The translations under genes and the position numbers were made by a program. This document shows, piece after piece, positions 40,350-49,091 of a stretch of 64,000 nt of DNA; the first letter of the stretch is position 1; each line of letters opens with the position of its first letter. Location: positions 124,001-188,000 of IMG/VR virus record IMGVR_UViG_3300025012_000028, one strand, 5' to 3'. Below the pieces are notes generated by a model, which saw only the letters and a list, made by a program, of their open reading frames with translations, did not search any database and was not told the DNA's origin.

Positions 40350-40811
40350 TTAGGCAAGCCTCTTGGATTTGATTAAATCAATGAGTTTATATTCTGGAGA
40401 CTCGGGTGGAAAATAGTATTGGGAATGAATATTACTATTTTCATCTATTTCTGAAATATTAAAGTAGTACCCATCATCAAATTTAACTGCATTAAAATAT
40501 CTTTCTGGAACAATCACCCCACAACAAGTAATAATCCCACCAAGAGAATCTTCATCTTCGTGGAACTTATCAAAGGGTAGATCCATAGAAGGGCATATTT
40601 CCCAAAGAAGATTAAATATATCCTCAATATCTTTTCGATTGCCCCCATTGAGGATGATGATAGTTTTATCATGTCCTGCCCAACGATTATATCTTTTGCT
40701 TCTCGCACATTTCTGAGATAGATCACCCACAAGATGTGCCGTTTGTAGGCCATGTTGAAGCGGCGAAAGATAAAAAATTACAAATGAATAAAGCCTGAGT
40801 TCTTCTTCCAT
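40350..40811 (-). CDS. Pth2-like (peptidyl-tRNA hydrolase-like) phage protein
   Basis: YLSPLQHGLQTAH, W...DKTIIILNGG and FHEDEDSLGG..T motifs. Confidence 0.6.
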   Translation of the reverse strand: MEEELRLYSFVIFYLSPLQHGLQTAHLVGDLSQKCARSKRYNRWAGHDKTIIILNGGNRKDIEDIFNLLWEICPSMDLPFDKFHEDEDSLGGIITCCGVIVPERYFNAVKFDDGYYFNISEIDENSNIHSQYYFPPESPEYKLIDLIKSKRLA

Positions 40812-40830
40812 TTAATTTTCCTCCCAAAAT

Positions 40831-40874
40831 AAAAAACGTATCCGAACTTTACATCCGAATACGTTTTTTGTCAA
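40831..40874 (-). terminator. terminator ending the second leader-tagged cluster, overlapping a sigma70 promoter
   Basis: AAAAAACGTAT...ATACGTTTTTT stem; TTGACA-17-TAAAGT. Confidence 0.7.
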
Positions 40875-40892
40875 TATATTTTTAGATTAATT

Positions 40893-42629
40893 TTAATTAA
40901 CCATATACCCAAATCCAGATTCATCTTTTAAAAAGTTCCTTGCGTCCAATTGTTCCCAACCGTCGAACCCGTAGTACGGCTGACTCGTTTTTATTTCAAA
41001 TCCAATTCCATTTTCCAATTCAAAATCGGAATCAGTTAATAACAACATCACAGTTTTGAAATTCGTATATACTTTCATTGGTGCCTGATTCCATTTATTA
41101 TCTACATCATTAATAAATGCCTCATCTTCTAGGTCGTTATATGTTTCCCCTCCAATTGTTATATCAAAACTTTTCAGCCCACCGTCTAAAGCAGACATCA
41201 TTTCGTTATATCTGCCACCTTCAATACCTCTCTCCGCTGCCCATCTACATTGAGTATAAAGATCATCTCCCTCATCTTCCAAAAACTGGAACATATCATC
41301 TTCCCAATTTTCTTCATCCTCGTCCGGATATTCTTTTCTAATATACTCTTCAACTTTCTTTTCGTCCAACATTTCATAACATTCTCTTATAGTATCATCA
41401 CTCACTTCTATATCTGGGTCCGAATCTTGGTCTACTATCCATTTGGTTGTATCGTCACCATAATTTTCAACTAGGTCTTCTAAATCTCTGGCTTCATATA
41501 TGACTGCAAATTCTTTCTTTTCATCCCACTCTAAAGAATGAAGATCTTTCGAAATCCAGAGTTCATTCATTCTCTGCATAAATGAATCGGTTTTTCCTAC
41601 TTTCTTATAATAATCCATCAAACCCATCAACTCGGGTCGTTGTTCAAATAAATCTTCTTTAAATTCATCTGACAAATCTTCGGTACTAAAATCCGAATCT
41701 TGTCCATAAGAGGAACGTTCTATCCCTTTGATATAATAACTTTCGGTTCCCTTGGTTGATGTTACTTCTTTATGGAGCAGCAAATCCAGAATGTACTTGT
41801 GGTACTTCTCAACGGGTTTGGTATTTTGTTTGCCCTTCATTTGATATAAGATATGATCATCACTACCCATCTCAAAAGTCAGATGGGGTTCCCATAACCA
41901 CGTAGACGGTTCAGATTTGCGTTTGTTGAGGTATCGGAGGGAAAGTAAGGTACTACCATGACTTCCAGTTCCGCAGTGTCCCATTGCCCTACTCTCGTTG
42001 CTACAGTAGTTGGTGTTGAGGTCTACCCAATACCAACCGTTCCCATACTCGATTATAGGAAAACATCTTTTGTCTGGATAACCTTCTTCATGATCCAATG
42101 GTTGTTTGATATACTGAACTGTTCCATCTAACTCTGATGCCCATTCCTTTTCAATCTTTTCCATATCGGCAAACACTTCTTCGGGGAATTTACCGGTAGG
42201 ATTATAATCATCAATCTCTTTTAAGTGAAGATCCAGAAAGTGTTTATATTGAGTCAATGTTTTTCTAGGTAGAAAATCATTTTGCATTTTACTATCTAAT
42301 ATGTCGGGTCTATCCGCCAGATTAAATTTTTTACATTCGCTTTGTAAAAGTTTTTTGTAATATTGTTTTATGTTCTGTTCAGCAACTTTATCATCTAGAG
42401 TTAAATTGTCTAGTGTCCATGCCATATATATCTGCATTAATTTATTATACCAAATAATTCTAAAATTCTTTTTTAAATACTCTGGCGATTGAAGAACATA
42501 AGATCTATAATATGTGTCGATTACCGGAGTAACTTTACCCAATTCCAAAACTTTGGTAAACATCTGCGAATAATCATATGCCTCAAGCAGCAGAGGAGCA
42601 TGTAAAAAGGTTTTAAAAGAAATCATCAT
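40893..42629 (-). CDS. leader-tagged putative internal head protein, PcfJ-like domain plus acidic C-terminus
   Basis: MMISFKTFLHAPLLLE leader; ESRAMGHCG...LLSLR...PHLTFE...QMKGKQN.KP..KY motif. Confidence 0.7.
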   Translation of the reverse strand: MMISFKTFLHAPLLLEAYDYSQMFTKVLELGKVTPVIDTYYRSYVLQSPEYLKKNFRIIWYNKLMQIYMAWTLDNLTLDDKVAEQNIKQYYKKLLQSECKKFNLADRPDILDSKMQNDFLPRKTLTQYKHFLDLHLKEIDDYNPTGKFPEEVFADMEKIEKEWASELDGTVQYIKQPLDHEEGYPDKRCFPIIEYGNGWYWVDLNTNYCSNESRAMGHCGTGSHGSTLLSLRYLNKRKSEPSTWLWEPHLTFEMGSDDHILYQMKGKQNTKPVEKYHKYILDLLLHKEVTSTKGTESYYIKGIERSSYGQDSDFSTEDLSDEFKEDLFEQRPELMGLMDYYKKVGKTDSFMQRMNELWISKDLHSLEWDEKKEFAVIYEARDLEDLVENYGDDTTKWIVDQDSDPDIEVSDDTIRECYEMLDEKKVEEYIRKEYPDEDEENWEDDMFQFLEDEGDDLYTQCRWAAERGIEGGRYNEMMSALDGGLKSFDITIGGETYNDLEDEAFINDVDNKWNQAPMKVYTNFKTVMLLLTDSDFELENGIGFEIKTSQPYYGFDGWEQLDARNFLKDESGFGYMVN

Positions 42630-43010
42630 TTACCTCAACGTCCCAAGTTTAATAAAATCACCCGAATCTAACAGTTCGTGTACTCCGGTTCCATATTTCA
42701 TCCCAGAATGTTTAACTGCATATTGACTTCCAGATTCCTCTTCACCTATAGTTTTTGTAAGATACATAGGGGAATCAAATTTAATATTCCAACTATAACC
42801 AGTCACCTGATAAACTTTACCAGTCTTATTTGATTTGAATCTATCACCCACTCCCAAGCGCCATCCTTGGTATGCCTCAATCTTTTCCATCATGTCTTTC
42901 ACACCAAGCTTAATATCATCCCTCAATTTCTTATGAAACTCCCTTTCGGGTCTGGTGATAAGAGGAATGGGTTCTTTATCTTCGGTGATAAATTCTTTGA
43001 ATGAAATCAT
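42630..43010 (-). CDS. leader-tagged putative internal head protein
   Basis: MISFKEFITE leader. Confidence 0.7.
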   Translation of the reverse strand: MISFKEFITEDKEPIPLITRPEREFHKKLRDDIKLGVKDMMEKIEAYQGWRLGVGDRFKSNKTGKVYQVTGYSWNIKFDSPMYLTKTIGEEESGSQYAVKHSGMKYGTGVHELLDSGDFIKLGTLR

Positions 43011-43036
43011 GGAGTTATCCTATATGAATTTTTTAT

Positions 43037-43065
43037 TTGACAATTACGGATTTCGGAGTTAAAAT
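43037..43065 (+). promoter_or_regulatory. antisense sigma70 promoter
   Basis: TTGACA-17-TAAAAT on the plus strand, with no plus-strand ORF downstream. Confidence 0.6.
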
Positions 43066-43124
43066 AATCTTGTCCGTTAGGACATAGACATCTACTGCCT
43101 TTTATTATAGGACAATGGACAATC

Positions 43125-43556
43125 CTAGAAATCATCATCTTCATCGGGAGGAATGACTTCTACAACATCATATTTCTCACCAATATATTTATTTGAATAT
43201 AAAAAGTCCTTCATATCTTCTACATCGACCCAACCTAATTTAAGATTGGTGGAAGTCAGAGTTATAATGCAGCTATACTTTTTAAATTTCTTCATTTCTC
43301 CAACAAAGTTAATTTCCAAACACAGAGGTTTTTCTAATTCAAATTTCCGCGCAACATCTGTATGTAGAATGGTATCCCCGAAACCATAAACAATTTCACC
43401 ATCCACAACAACTACTCTCATGATATCCCAACTCTTAACAACCTCTATGGATTTGATTTCATCAAAGGTGGGATTTTCGAATATAAGTTGTTCCTCACGC
43501 TTATACATGTAGGAATCTTTATAATTTTCGGATAAAAATTTTTTGAATGATATCAA
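43125..43556 (-). CDS. leader-tagged putative internal head protein
   Basis: TTG start MISFKKFLSE. Confidence 0.65.
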   Translation of the reverse strand: MISFKKFLSENYKDSYMYKREEQLIFENPTFDEIKSIEVVKSWDIMRVVVVDGEIVYGFGDTILHTDVARKFELEKPLCLEINFVGEMKKFKKYSCIITLTSTNLKLGWVDVEDMKDFLYSNKYIGEKYDVVEVIPPDEDDDF

Positions 43557-43559
43557 TGG

Positions 43560-43715
43560 TTAGTTCCTCGAATGGTTATGTTTACCGTTAGAATGATAAT
43601 CATTATTAAGGAGTCGTCTCAGTGCAAGATCAAAACGTCTAGCAAGTAAAAAATCACACTCAGATATCGACTTGGCCTTTTCTCTTCTCAATCCTTCGAT
43701 GATTAGTTGTTTCAT
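43560..43715 (-). CDS. 51-aa hypothetical protein (not in ORF track)
   Basis: MKQLIIEGLRRE...HSRN* fills the gap between the tailspike and the leader-tagged cluster. Confidence 0.4.
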   Translation of the reverse strand: MKQLIIEGLRREKAKSISECDFLLARRFDLALRRLLNNDYHSNGKHNHSRN

Positions 43716-43769
43716 AACACAATAACCTAAGATGGTAATAACAAAATTATCATGTCAGTGGTGCTACTT

Positions 43770-46700
43770 TTATACTAGTGTTAATGTGGTACTCCGCACT
43801 GTGCCGTCCGAACCCTTGACTTTTACCGTCAAGGTAGTGTTGTCGGTCAACTCGAAAGTCATTTCCCCGTTTACTGTTGGTGTTGCCGACGTGAGGGGAA
43901 AAGCTGAAACGTAATCCGTTGTAGGGGTGTAGGCTGCTGTACCAAGGTTTGATGATTTCACCAGCCCGTTTATTATAAACGTCGAATAAACCCCACCGTC
44001 ATTAGTGAGTAGATAACCATCGCCGGTCCCTTGATCTTGTTCATACTGGTTAATGATAGTTGCCATCATGATGATGCCATCATGAACTGAGACCAAGGAG
44101 CCAGAGCCGAACACTGTGGACCCACTTAGACCCGCCCCCGGTGTGGCTTCTCGTGCCTGAAAGATTGTGCCGACTGCATTGGACGTAGAAACATACCCGA
44201 CTTGAAGCGGCGTAAAATCAGCATCGGTGTTATTTAGTATCTTATACCACCCTCCGACCTCAATATTCGTCAAGTTCGTATAAGAAATCGGCGTGCTGGC
44301 GAAAATGGCCCTCGATTGCCGTCCAATTCCCTGTTTTGATCTCAGATCGTCACCATTGACCCTGAGATTAAGCATATAATAGTTACCAAGAACCACACCG
44401 TAACGAACTGCTGGTGTGCCGGAAACATACCCCCCATTGCCATCTACTGTCATATCGAGAGTGCTGGCATACATTCCATAACTAGAGTTGCCCAACCGGA
44501 ATCCGTGTGAACCGTTCTCTTGTGCTTCTATTGTACCTTGGTGGTTCGCTCCGGTGAGAATTACCGCACCTTCAAAGTCATTAGCAGCAGTACCGAAATA
44601 TGGAACAATATCGACAGATGAACCTGTGGTGGAGATGTTGAGCCGTCTAGAAAGAAAAACTTTGATGTCGGAATACTGAATATTCTTGTTTGCGAATCTC
44701 GCCGCCAAACCCCAGTGCATTGCACCGCCAATCTGGATTTTCGACAATTTGCTATCGTTGGCCTTGCCGAGGTCCAGCCCCGAACCATCGACCCGCTGAA
44801 CAATCAGCCCCTCAATTACTAGGTTGCTAGCGTACCCTTCATCGTTACTAACAACCACGCCGTGACCACCACTCAACAGATGCGCTCCAGTGCCGGAATC
44901 GCGGATATCGTCGGCTGCGAACTCCTCGCGTAGGCCGTACACGCCTCCAGCGGCCCCCGATCTGTGTCCCGCGAAGAATTCAACTCTGGTGTCGGAAAGC
45001 GTCCGGGAATAAGTGTTGTCCACACCTTGGGCAATGTATATGCCGCTCCCCACCGAGAACAACCCCCCACCAGCCTGACCATCGACCGTAAGCCCATGGA
45101 TAGACCCGTACGCGCCGGTCCAGCGAATGACATAAAGCAAGGCGTCAGCGGCGTCATCTCCGGAAGGTTTGAATCGTATCTTACTGGACGCTGAACCATC
45201 CCCGATGAGATGCACTTTTGATTTCAACTCAACATCACGCCACCACGTAACCCCGCGCGGGACAAAAACGGAGCCGCCGTTTAGCGCGGCTTGCACATCA
45301 ATCGCGGCTTGCGCGGCTGCCGAATCGTCCGAGCCGTCATATTTCGCGCCGAACCATTTAACGTTGACCGCCCCGGTGTAATCCCTCAGCCATGCAGCCG
45401 AACCGTCGCCGCCTGTCGGCACAATGACGGTGCCGTTGTTGTCGGTGTAGGTGCCCGGTGAAGCACCTGAAACCCAACGGAAATGACCTCCCCCACCATC
45501 TCCTGCCGAAGTGTGATTCTCAAGGTATATAGATGGCACAGTGCCGTTCGTGATGCCTCGTAACGCCGTGAGGTTTGTCACGACCAAGCCATCCATAGCA
45601 TCTTGCACCGCCTTGACCGCTGCCGAGTTCGCCGCCGTGGTTGTGGAGTTAGAAGTAGTGGAGGATGAAAGCTCCGATGTTGATACAATATCCCCGAACT
45701 TTAAACCACCCACAACTTTCGATGGGTCGAAATTGTGTGGACCCACAAGTACCGGTTCTAGTGCTGCCGCCACATCAACTTCAGTAGTAGGAGGATATGT
45801 CTCTGAGTTAATTTTTCGGAAGGATAAGATTGTAGTTCGTGAAGCATTACCATCTATCAAAAGATGTTGTGCATCGGGCGCTGCCGCAGCACCTATGGTG
45901 TCCTGTCTTGACATTCCCGAAATAATACTGTTACCTTCCCCACCTGAAATACGGTAGCTCCTGCCGGGAAACTCAGCAGACCTGTTAATGTTGGCTTCCA
46001 CACCGGACCCACTCAGAGTTACGGCGTTAGCACCGTCCAACCAAAAACCTAGTCCGGCCTGTTCGATATATGTGCCGTTTATATTGACTGTAGTTGGACC
46101 ATATAGATAGACCCCAAGGATAATATCTCGTACACTAGAACTAATAAAAGTATGACCGTCACCACCATCTATAAATATTCCGGCATAACCACCTTGAAAA
46201 ATTTTGACCTGATCATAGGTACAAAATGCACCAGTACCCACATAAAGTGATATATCATTGAGGTAACGTAGATGAACATTACGTACAGTCAAATTAGTAA
46301 GTATTTCTTGGGAGCTAACATGAATATCAATACCTTTATTCCCCGTGCCGACCCATTGACCCGGACCATCTATCCCAAAATTGGATAGATATACCCAATC
46401 TGTATCGACACCTAACAATGCTGGACCATCAAAGTCAGCCTTGATAAGTCCTGAGTCCAATGGTGACACACCGAAAATACGATGTCCGTCGCGCAGTGTA
46501 AGGGGTGCTGATATTTTACACCATGCCGGAAGTAGTATACTAGTTTCTGAGTCAAGTACAGCCTGTATTGCAGCTCTATCATCCGTTATACCGTCACATA
46601 CAGCGCCTCTTGTTTTAACATTGACCGCATGTGTGTCTATCTGATCCTGCACCGCCTTGGTTAAAGAGTTAATTGAAGTTTTAACCGAATTACCATTTTG

Positions 46701-46772
46701 AACAATAGGTACTTTTTCTAAACCAGATAGTGGTATCGTAGCTTCATTAAATTCAGATATTTTCTTTGCCAT
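43770..46772 (-). CDS. tailspike/depolymerase with two pectate-lyase-like beta-helix modules
   Basis: KKISE N-terminus; VNVK.RGA..DG.TDD..AIQA and VNVKWFGAKYDG.DD..A.QAA; tail-fibre repeat between them. Confidence 0.85.
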   Translation of the reverse strand: MAKKISEFNEATIPLSGLEKVPIVQNGNSVKTSINSLTKAVQDQIDTHAVNVKTRGAVCDGITDDRAAIQAVLDSETSILLPAWCKISAPLTLRDGHRIFGVSPLDSGLIKADFDGPALLGVDTDWVYLSNFGIDGPGQWVGTGNKGIDIHVSSQEILTNLTVRNVHLRYLNDISLYVGTGAFCTYDQVKIFQGGYAGIFIDGGDGHTFISSSVRDIILGVYLYGPTTVNINGTYIEQAGLGFWLDGANAVTLSGSGVEANINRSAEFPGRSYRISGGEGNSIISGMSRQDTIGAAAAPDAQHLLIDGNASRTTILSFRKINSETYPPTTEVDVAAALEPVLVGPHNFDPSKVVGGLKFGDIVSTSELSSSTTSNSTTTAANSAAVKAVQDAMDGLVVTNLTALRGITNGTVPSIYLENHTSAGDGGGGHFRWVSGASPGTYTDNNGTVIVPTGGDGSAAWLRDYTGAVNVKWFGAKYDGSDDSAAAQAAIDVQAALNGGSVFVPRGVTWWRDVELKSKVHLIGDGSASSKIRFKPSGDDAADALLYVIRWTGAYGSIHGLTVDGQAGGGLFSVGSGIYIAQGVDNTYSRTLSDTRVEFFAGHRSGAAGGVYGLREEFAADDIRDSGTGAHLLSGGHGVVVSNDEGYASNLVIEGLIVQRVDGSGLDLGKANDSKLSKIQIGGAMHWGLAARFANKNIQYSDIKVFLSRRLNISTTGSSVDIVPYFGTAANDFEGAVILTGANHQGTIEAQENGSHGFRLGNSSYGMYASTLDMTVDGNGGYVSGTPAVRYGVVLGNYYMLNLRVNGDDLRSKQGIGRQSRAIFASTPISYTNLTNIEVGGWYKILNNTDADFTPLQVGYVSTSNAVGTIFQAREATPGAGLSGSTVFGSGSLVSVHDGIIMMATIINQYEQDQGTGDGYLLTNDGGVYSTFIINGLVKSSNLGTAAYTPTTDYVSAFPLTSATPTVNGEMTFELTDNTTLTVKVKGSDGTVRSTTLTLV

Positions 46773-47372
46773 TTAGATAAACCCCTTTGAAGCAATAAAA
46801 TATGCGTCCGTCAAATCCCATCTACCACTACTCATAGAGTATTTAGAAAATTCATTTTGAATGTTTTCAGGAAGCTTACAAAAAGTTCTAAATTTTATGT
46901 TGGTAGATAAGATCAAATCAATATTATCTTTAGAAAATTGTAGTTTATCTTTTCTAGTCATTTCTTTATAACCGGCCTTTTCTTTGAGAGAAAGCAATTC
47001 TTTTTTTGTAAGACCTAACTCTTTATTCTCTACCTTGGAAAATAGTGGTGACCGCCATTCCATCACTTTAAAAACCTTCAAAGGTATAGTGGGAAAATCT
47101 TGTTTAATTTTGATACGCAAATACCAGTTCTGCCCCGCAATAAGATCCTTTTCGCCGGAAGGAGAATCATATGATAAATCTTCTAACGTCAACATATCCG
47201 GTTTGCAAAATGAAATGAAACTACAAATTTCATTTATATTATGAATTAATAGTGCTTCATCATTCAAATCTTTAGATGATGATTGAATGAGTTTATAATC
47301 AAACAAATTTTTATCTTCTAATAAACAAAGTCCAGAAGATCGTAATGACAAATCTATACCTAAAATCCTCAT
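46773..47372 (-). CDS. RuvC-like Holliday junction resolvase
   Basis: MRILGIDLSLRSSG, LEDLSY, W and DLTDAY.IA motifs. Confidence 0.8.
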   Translation of the reverse strand: MRILGIDLSLRSSGLCLLEDKNLFDYKLIQSSSKDLNDEALLIHNINEICSFISFCKPDMLTLEDLSYDSPSGEKDLIAGQNWYLRIKIKQDFPTIPLKVFKVMEWRSPLFSKVENKELGLTKKELLSLKEKAGYKEMTRKDKLQFSKDNIDLILSTNIKFRTFCKLPENIQNEFSKYSMSSGRWDLTDAYFIASKGFI

Positions 47373-47926
47373 ACTCTTATGTCTACCATATTAAGTTTTA
47401 TTTCCGTATCTACTTCTTCTGATAATACTTGATCAATCATATTGCATCTTACTGCCCATTTACTTTGTACATATGAGAAAATTGATCCGATCATTTCTTT
47501 AAATTCAACAAAAGATAGTTGTTGTGTATTATTATCTGCATCACGTATACTCATAATTTGATCTGGATTTAATTGCCAAACCATCAAAAGTTTTACCCAA
47601 TCTATTTGTGCTTCATTTGTAATATCTATATTAAATGTTTTGTTTGTAGATAATTCAATTTGTAACTTATAAAGTAATGAATCGATATAATTGGTTTTAA
47701 TGTTGACCACTTTTTTATTTTTTAAAATATTTAAAGGAACCGGACTGGGGATAAATGGTTCTTTAACTCCGTTCTTAAATATCCATTTACCTTGTTCAGA
47801 AATAAATGATCCCCAATCTTCATCAGATATATTTATTGCTTCTATTGGAATGTTCGTTGGATCATGTGTATCATCTGAAAAAAAAGCTTGTGGATGACCA
47901 TCTTCATCAAAAATACCAAATTTCAT
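47369..47926 (-). CDS. tail fibre assembly/chaperone-like protein (DUF4376-like C-terminus)
   Basis: AFF.D..H...IP..AI.IS.EDW and IRDADN....L motifs; directly after the fibre gene. Confidence 0.65.
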   Translation of the reverse strand: MKFGIFDEDGHPQAFFSDDTHDPTNIPIEAINISDEDWGSFISEQGKWIFKNGVKEPFIPSPVPLNILKNKKVVNIKTNYIDSLLYKLQIELSTNKTFNIDITNEAQIDWVKLLMVWQLNPDQIMSIRDADNNTQQLSFVEFKEMIGSIFSYVQSKWAVRCNMIDQVLSEEVDTEIKLNMVDIRV

Positions 47927-47935
47927 AAAAACTCC

Positions 47936-49081
47936 TTAATACCCTATCGCAAATATTGTTGCCCATGAATTTACTGTATCATTACCAGCAATTGATTGTC
48001 TTGTCACAACCACAGAACTTGTTGTGGGGGTTCCAATTATCTGGAATACAACGTCTCCACCTACTGTATATGAAGCTATCGAAGTTCCTACTATTGCAGT
48101 CAGACAAGCATTAGGAAAGGCAATAGGAAATGTGATTGTCTGTGCTGCCGATTCGCCCCCAGGTGTTACCTCCGCTGAAACACACCACTGTAATATAACA
48201 CCGCTTGGAAGTTTCTGGTAACCAAAATTACCCACAACATCTTTCTGAAAATCTGTCAAATCGAGTGCATCAGATACCATTTGAAAATCTGAGATTGGTT
48301 TGCCATTAAAAAAATTAGCATCCAATCCAGATCCCACACCATCAACACTTTTAATTTTTGTCAATAATGATGTTGGTGTATCAGCCAAAGCAATAGGAAC
48401 CCAACTTGAACCATCACCAGTTATTTTCCACGAATATATGCCGATAGGATCATAAAATGAATCATGAGAATACTTGACATTCTCTAAAAAGAAATGTTTA
48501 TCCAATATATCAAATAATTCTAAACTTCCTTTTGATAACGAAAGTTTTTTGATTGTAATTTCATTATCACCACTATAATTATTTTTAATCTTAAATGAAA
48601 TATTGGAAAAGACTTCTGAGGTTTTAAATAAGAAATAATTATCGTATGATGTAATTAAATCAGTGGGTGTAAAAGAAGTAGATAGAATACTGTTGTTAGA
48701 TAAATTTATAAACCCAGAAGAGTTGGTAAGTTCAAATCCACAATTTTGTGATGCTTCTATACTTACAACAAGAAGATAAGTTGTAGATGGTTCTAACTTG
48801 TCTGTAATATCCTGTGAAATATATTGGTTTGTTGTTCCTGAAATAAAATTTACCACAGAATAATATCCATCGATGTCAATATCAACAGAACCTGTGTCCG
48901 CTGCCACACTCCACCCAAAAGGTAGTGTATTACCATTTAAAAAGAATTTAAGTTTAGAGTTGATTAATAAATTTTGTAAAGAAGTTTTAGCCAAACCAGT
49001 AACTATTTGATTTAGATTATTTTTCAATCCAATTAATGATGTGGTCTGTGTGGATAAATAATTCTCATTTATTTTTGACAT
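47936..49081 (-). CDS. tail fibre protein with gp53-like C-terminal domain
   Basis: VDG.GSGLDA, GYQKLPSGVILQW, TFPIAFPNAC and FAIGY motifs. Confidence 0.8.
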   Translation of the reverse strand: MSKINENYLSTQTTSLIGLKNNLNQIVTGLAKTSLQNLLINSKLKFFLNGNTLPFGWSVAADTGSVDIDIDGYYSVVNFISGTTNQYISQDITDKLEPSTTYLLVVSIEASQNCGFELTNSSGFINLSNNSILSTSFTPTDLITSYDNYFLFKTSEVFSNISFKIKNNYSGDNEITIKKLSLSKGSLELFDILDKHFFLENVKYSHDSFYDPIGIYSWKITGDGSSWVPIALADTPTSLLTKIKSVDGVGSGLDANFFNGKPISDFQMVSDALDLTDFQKDVVGNFGYQKLPSGVILQWCVSAEVTPGGESAAQTITFPIAFPNACLTAIVGTSIASYTVGGDVVFQIIGTPTTSSVVVTRQSIAGNDTVNSWATIFAIGY

Positions 49082-49091
49082 ATAATCCCCA

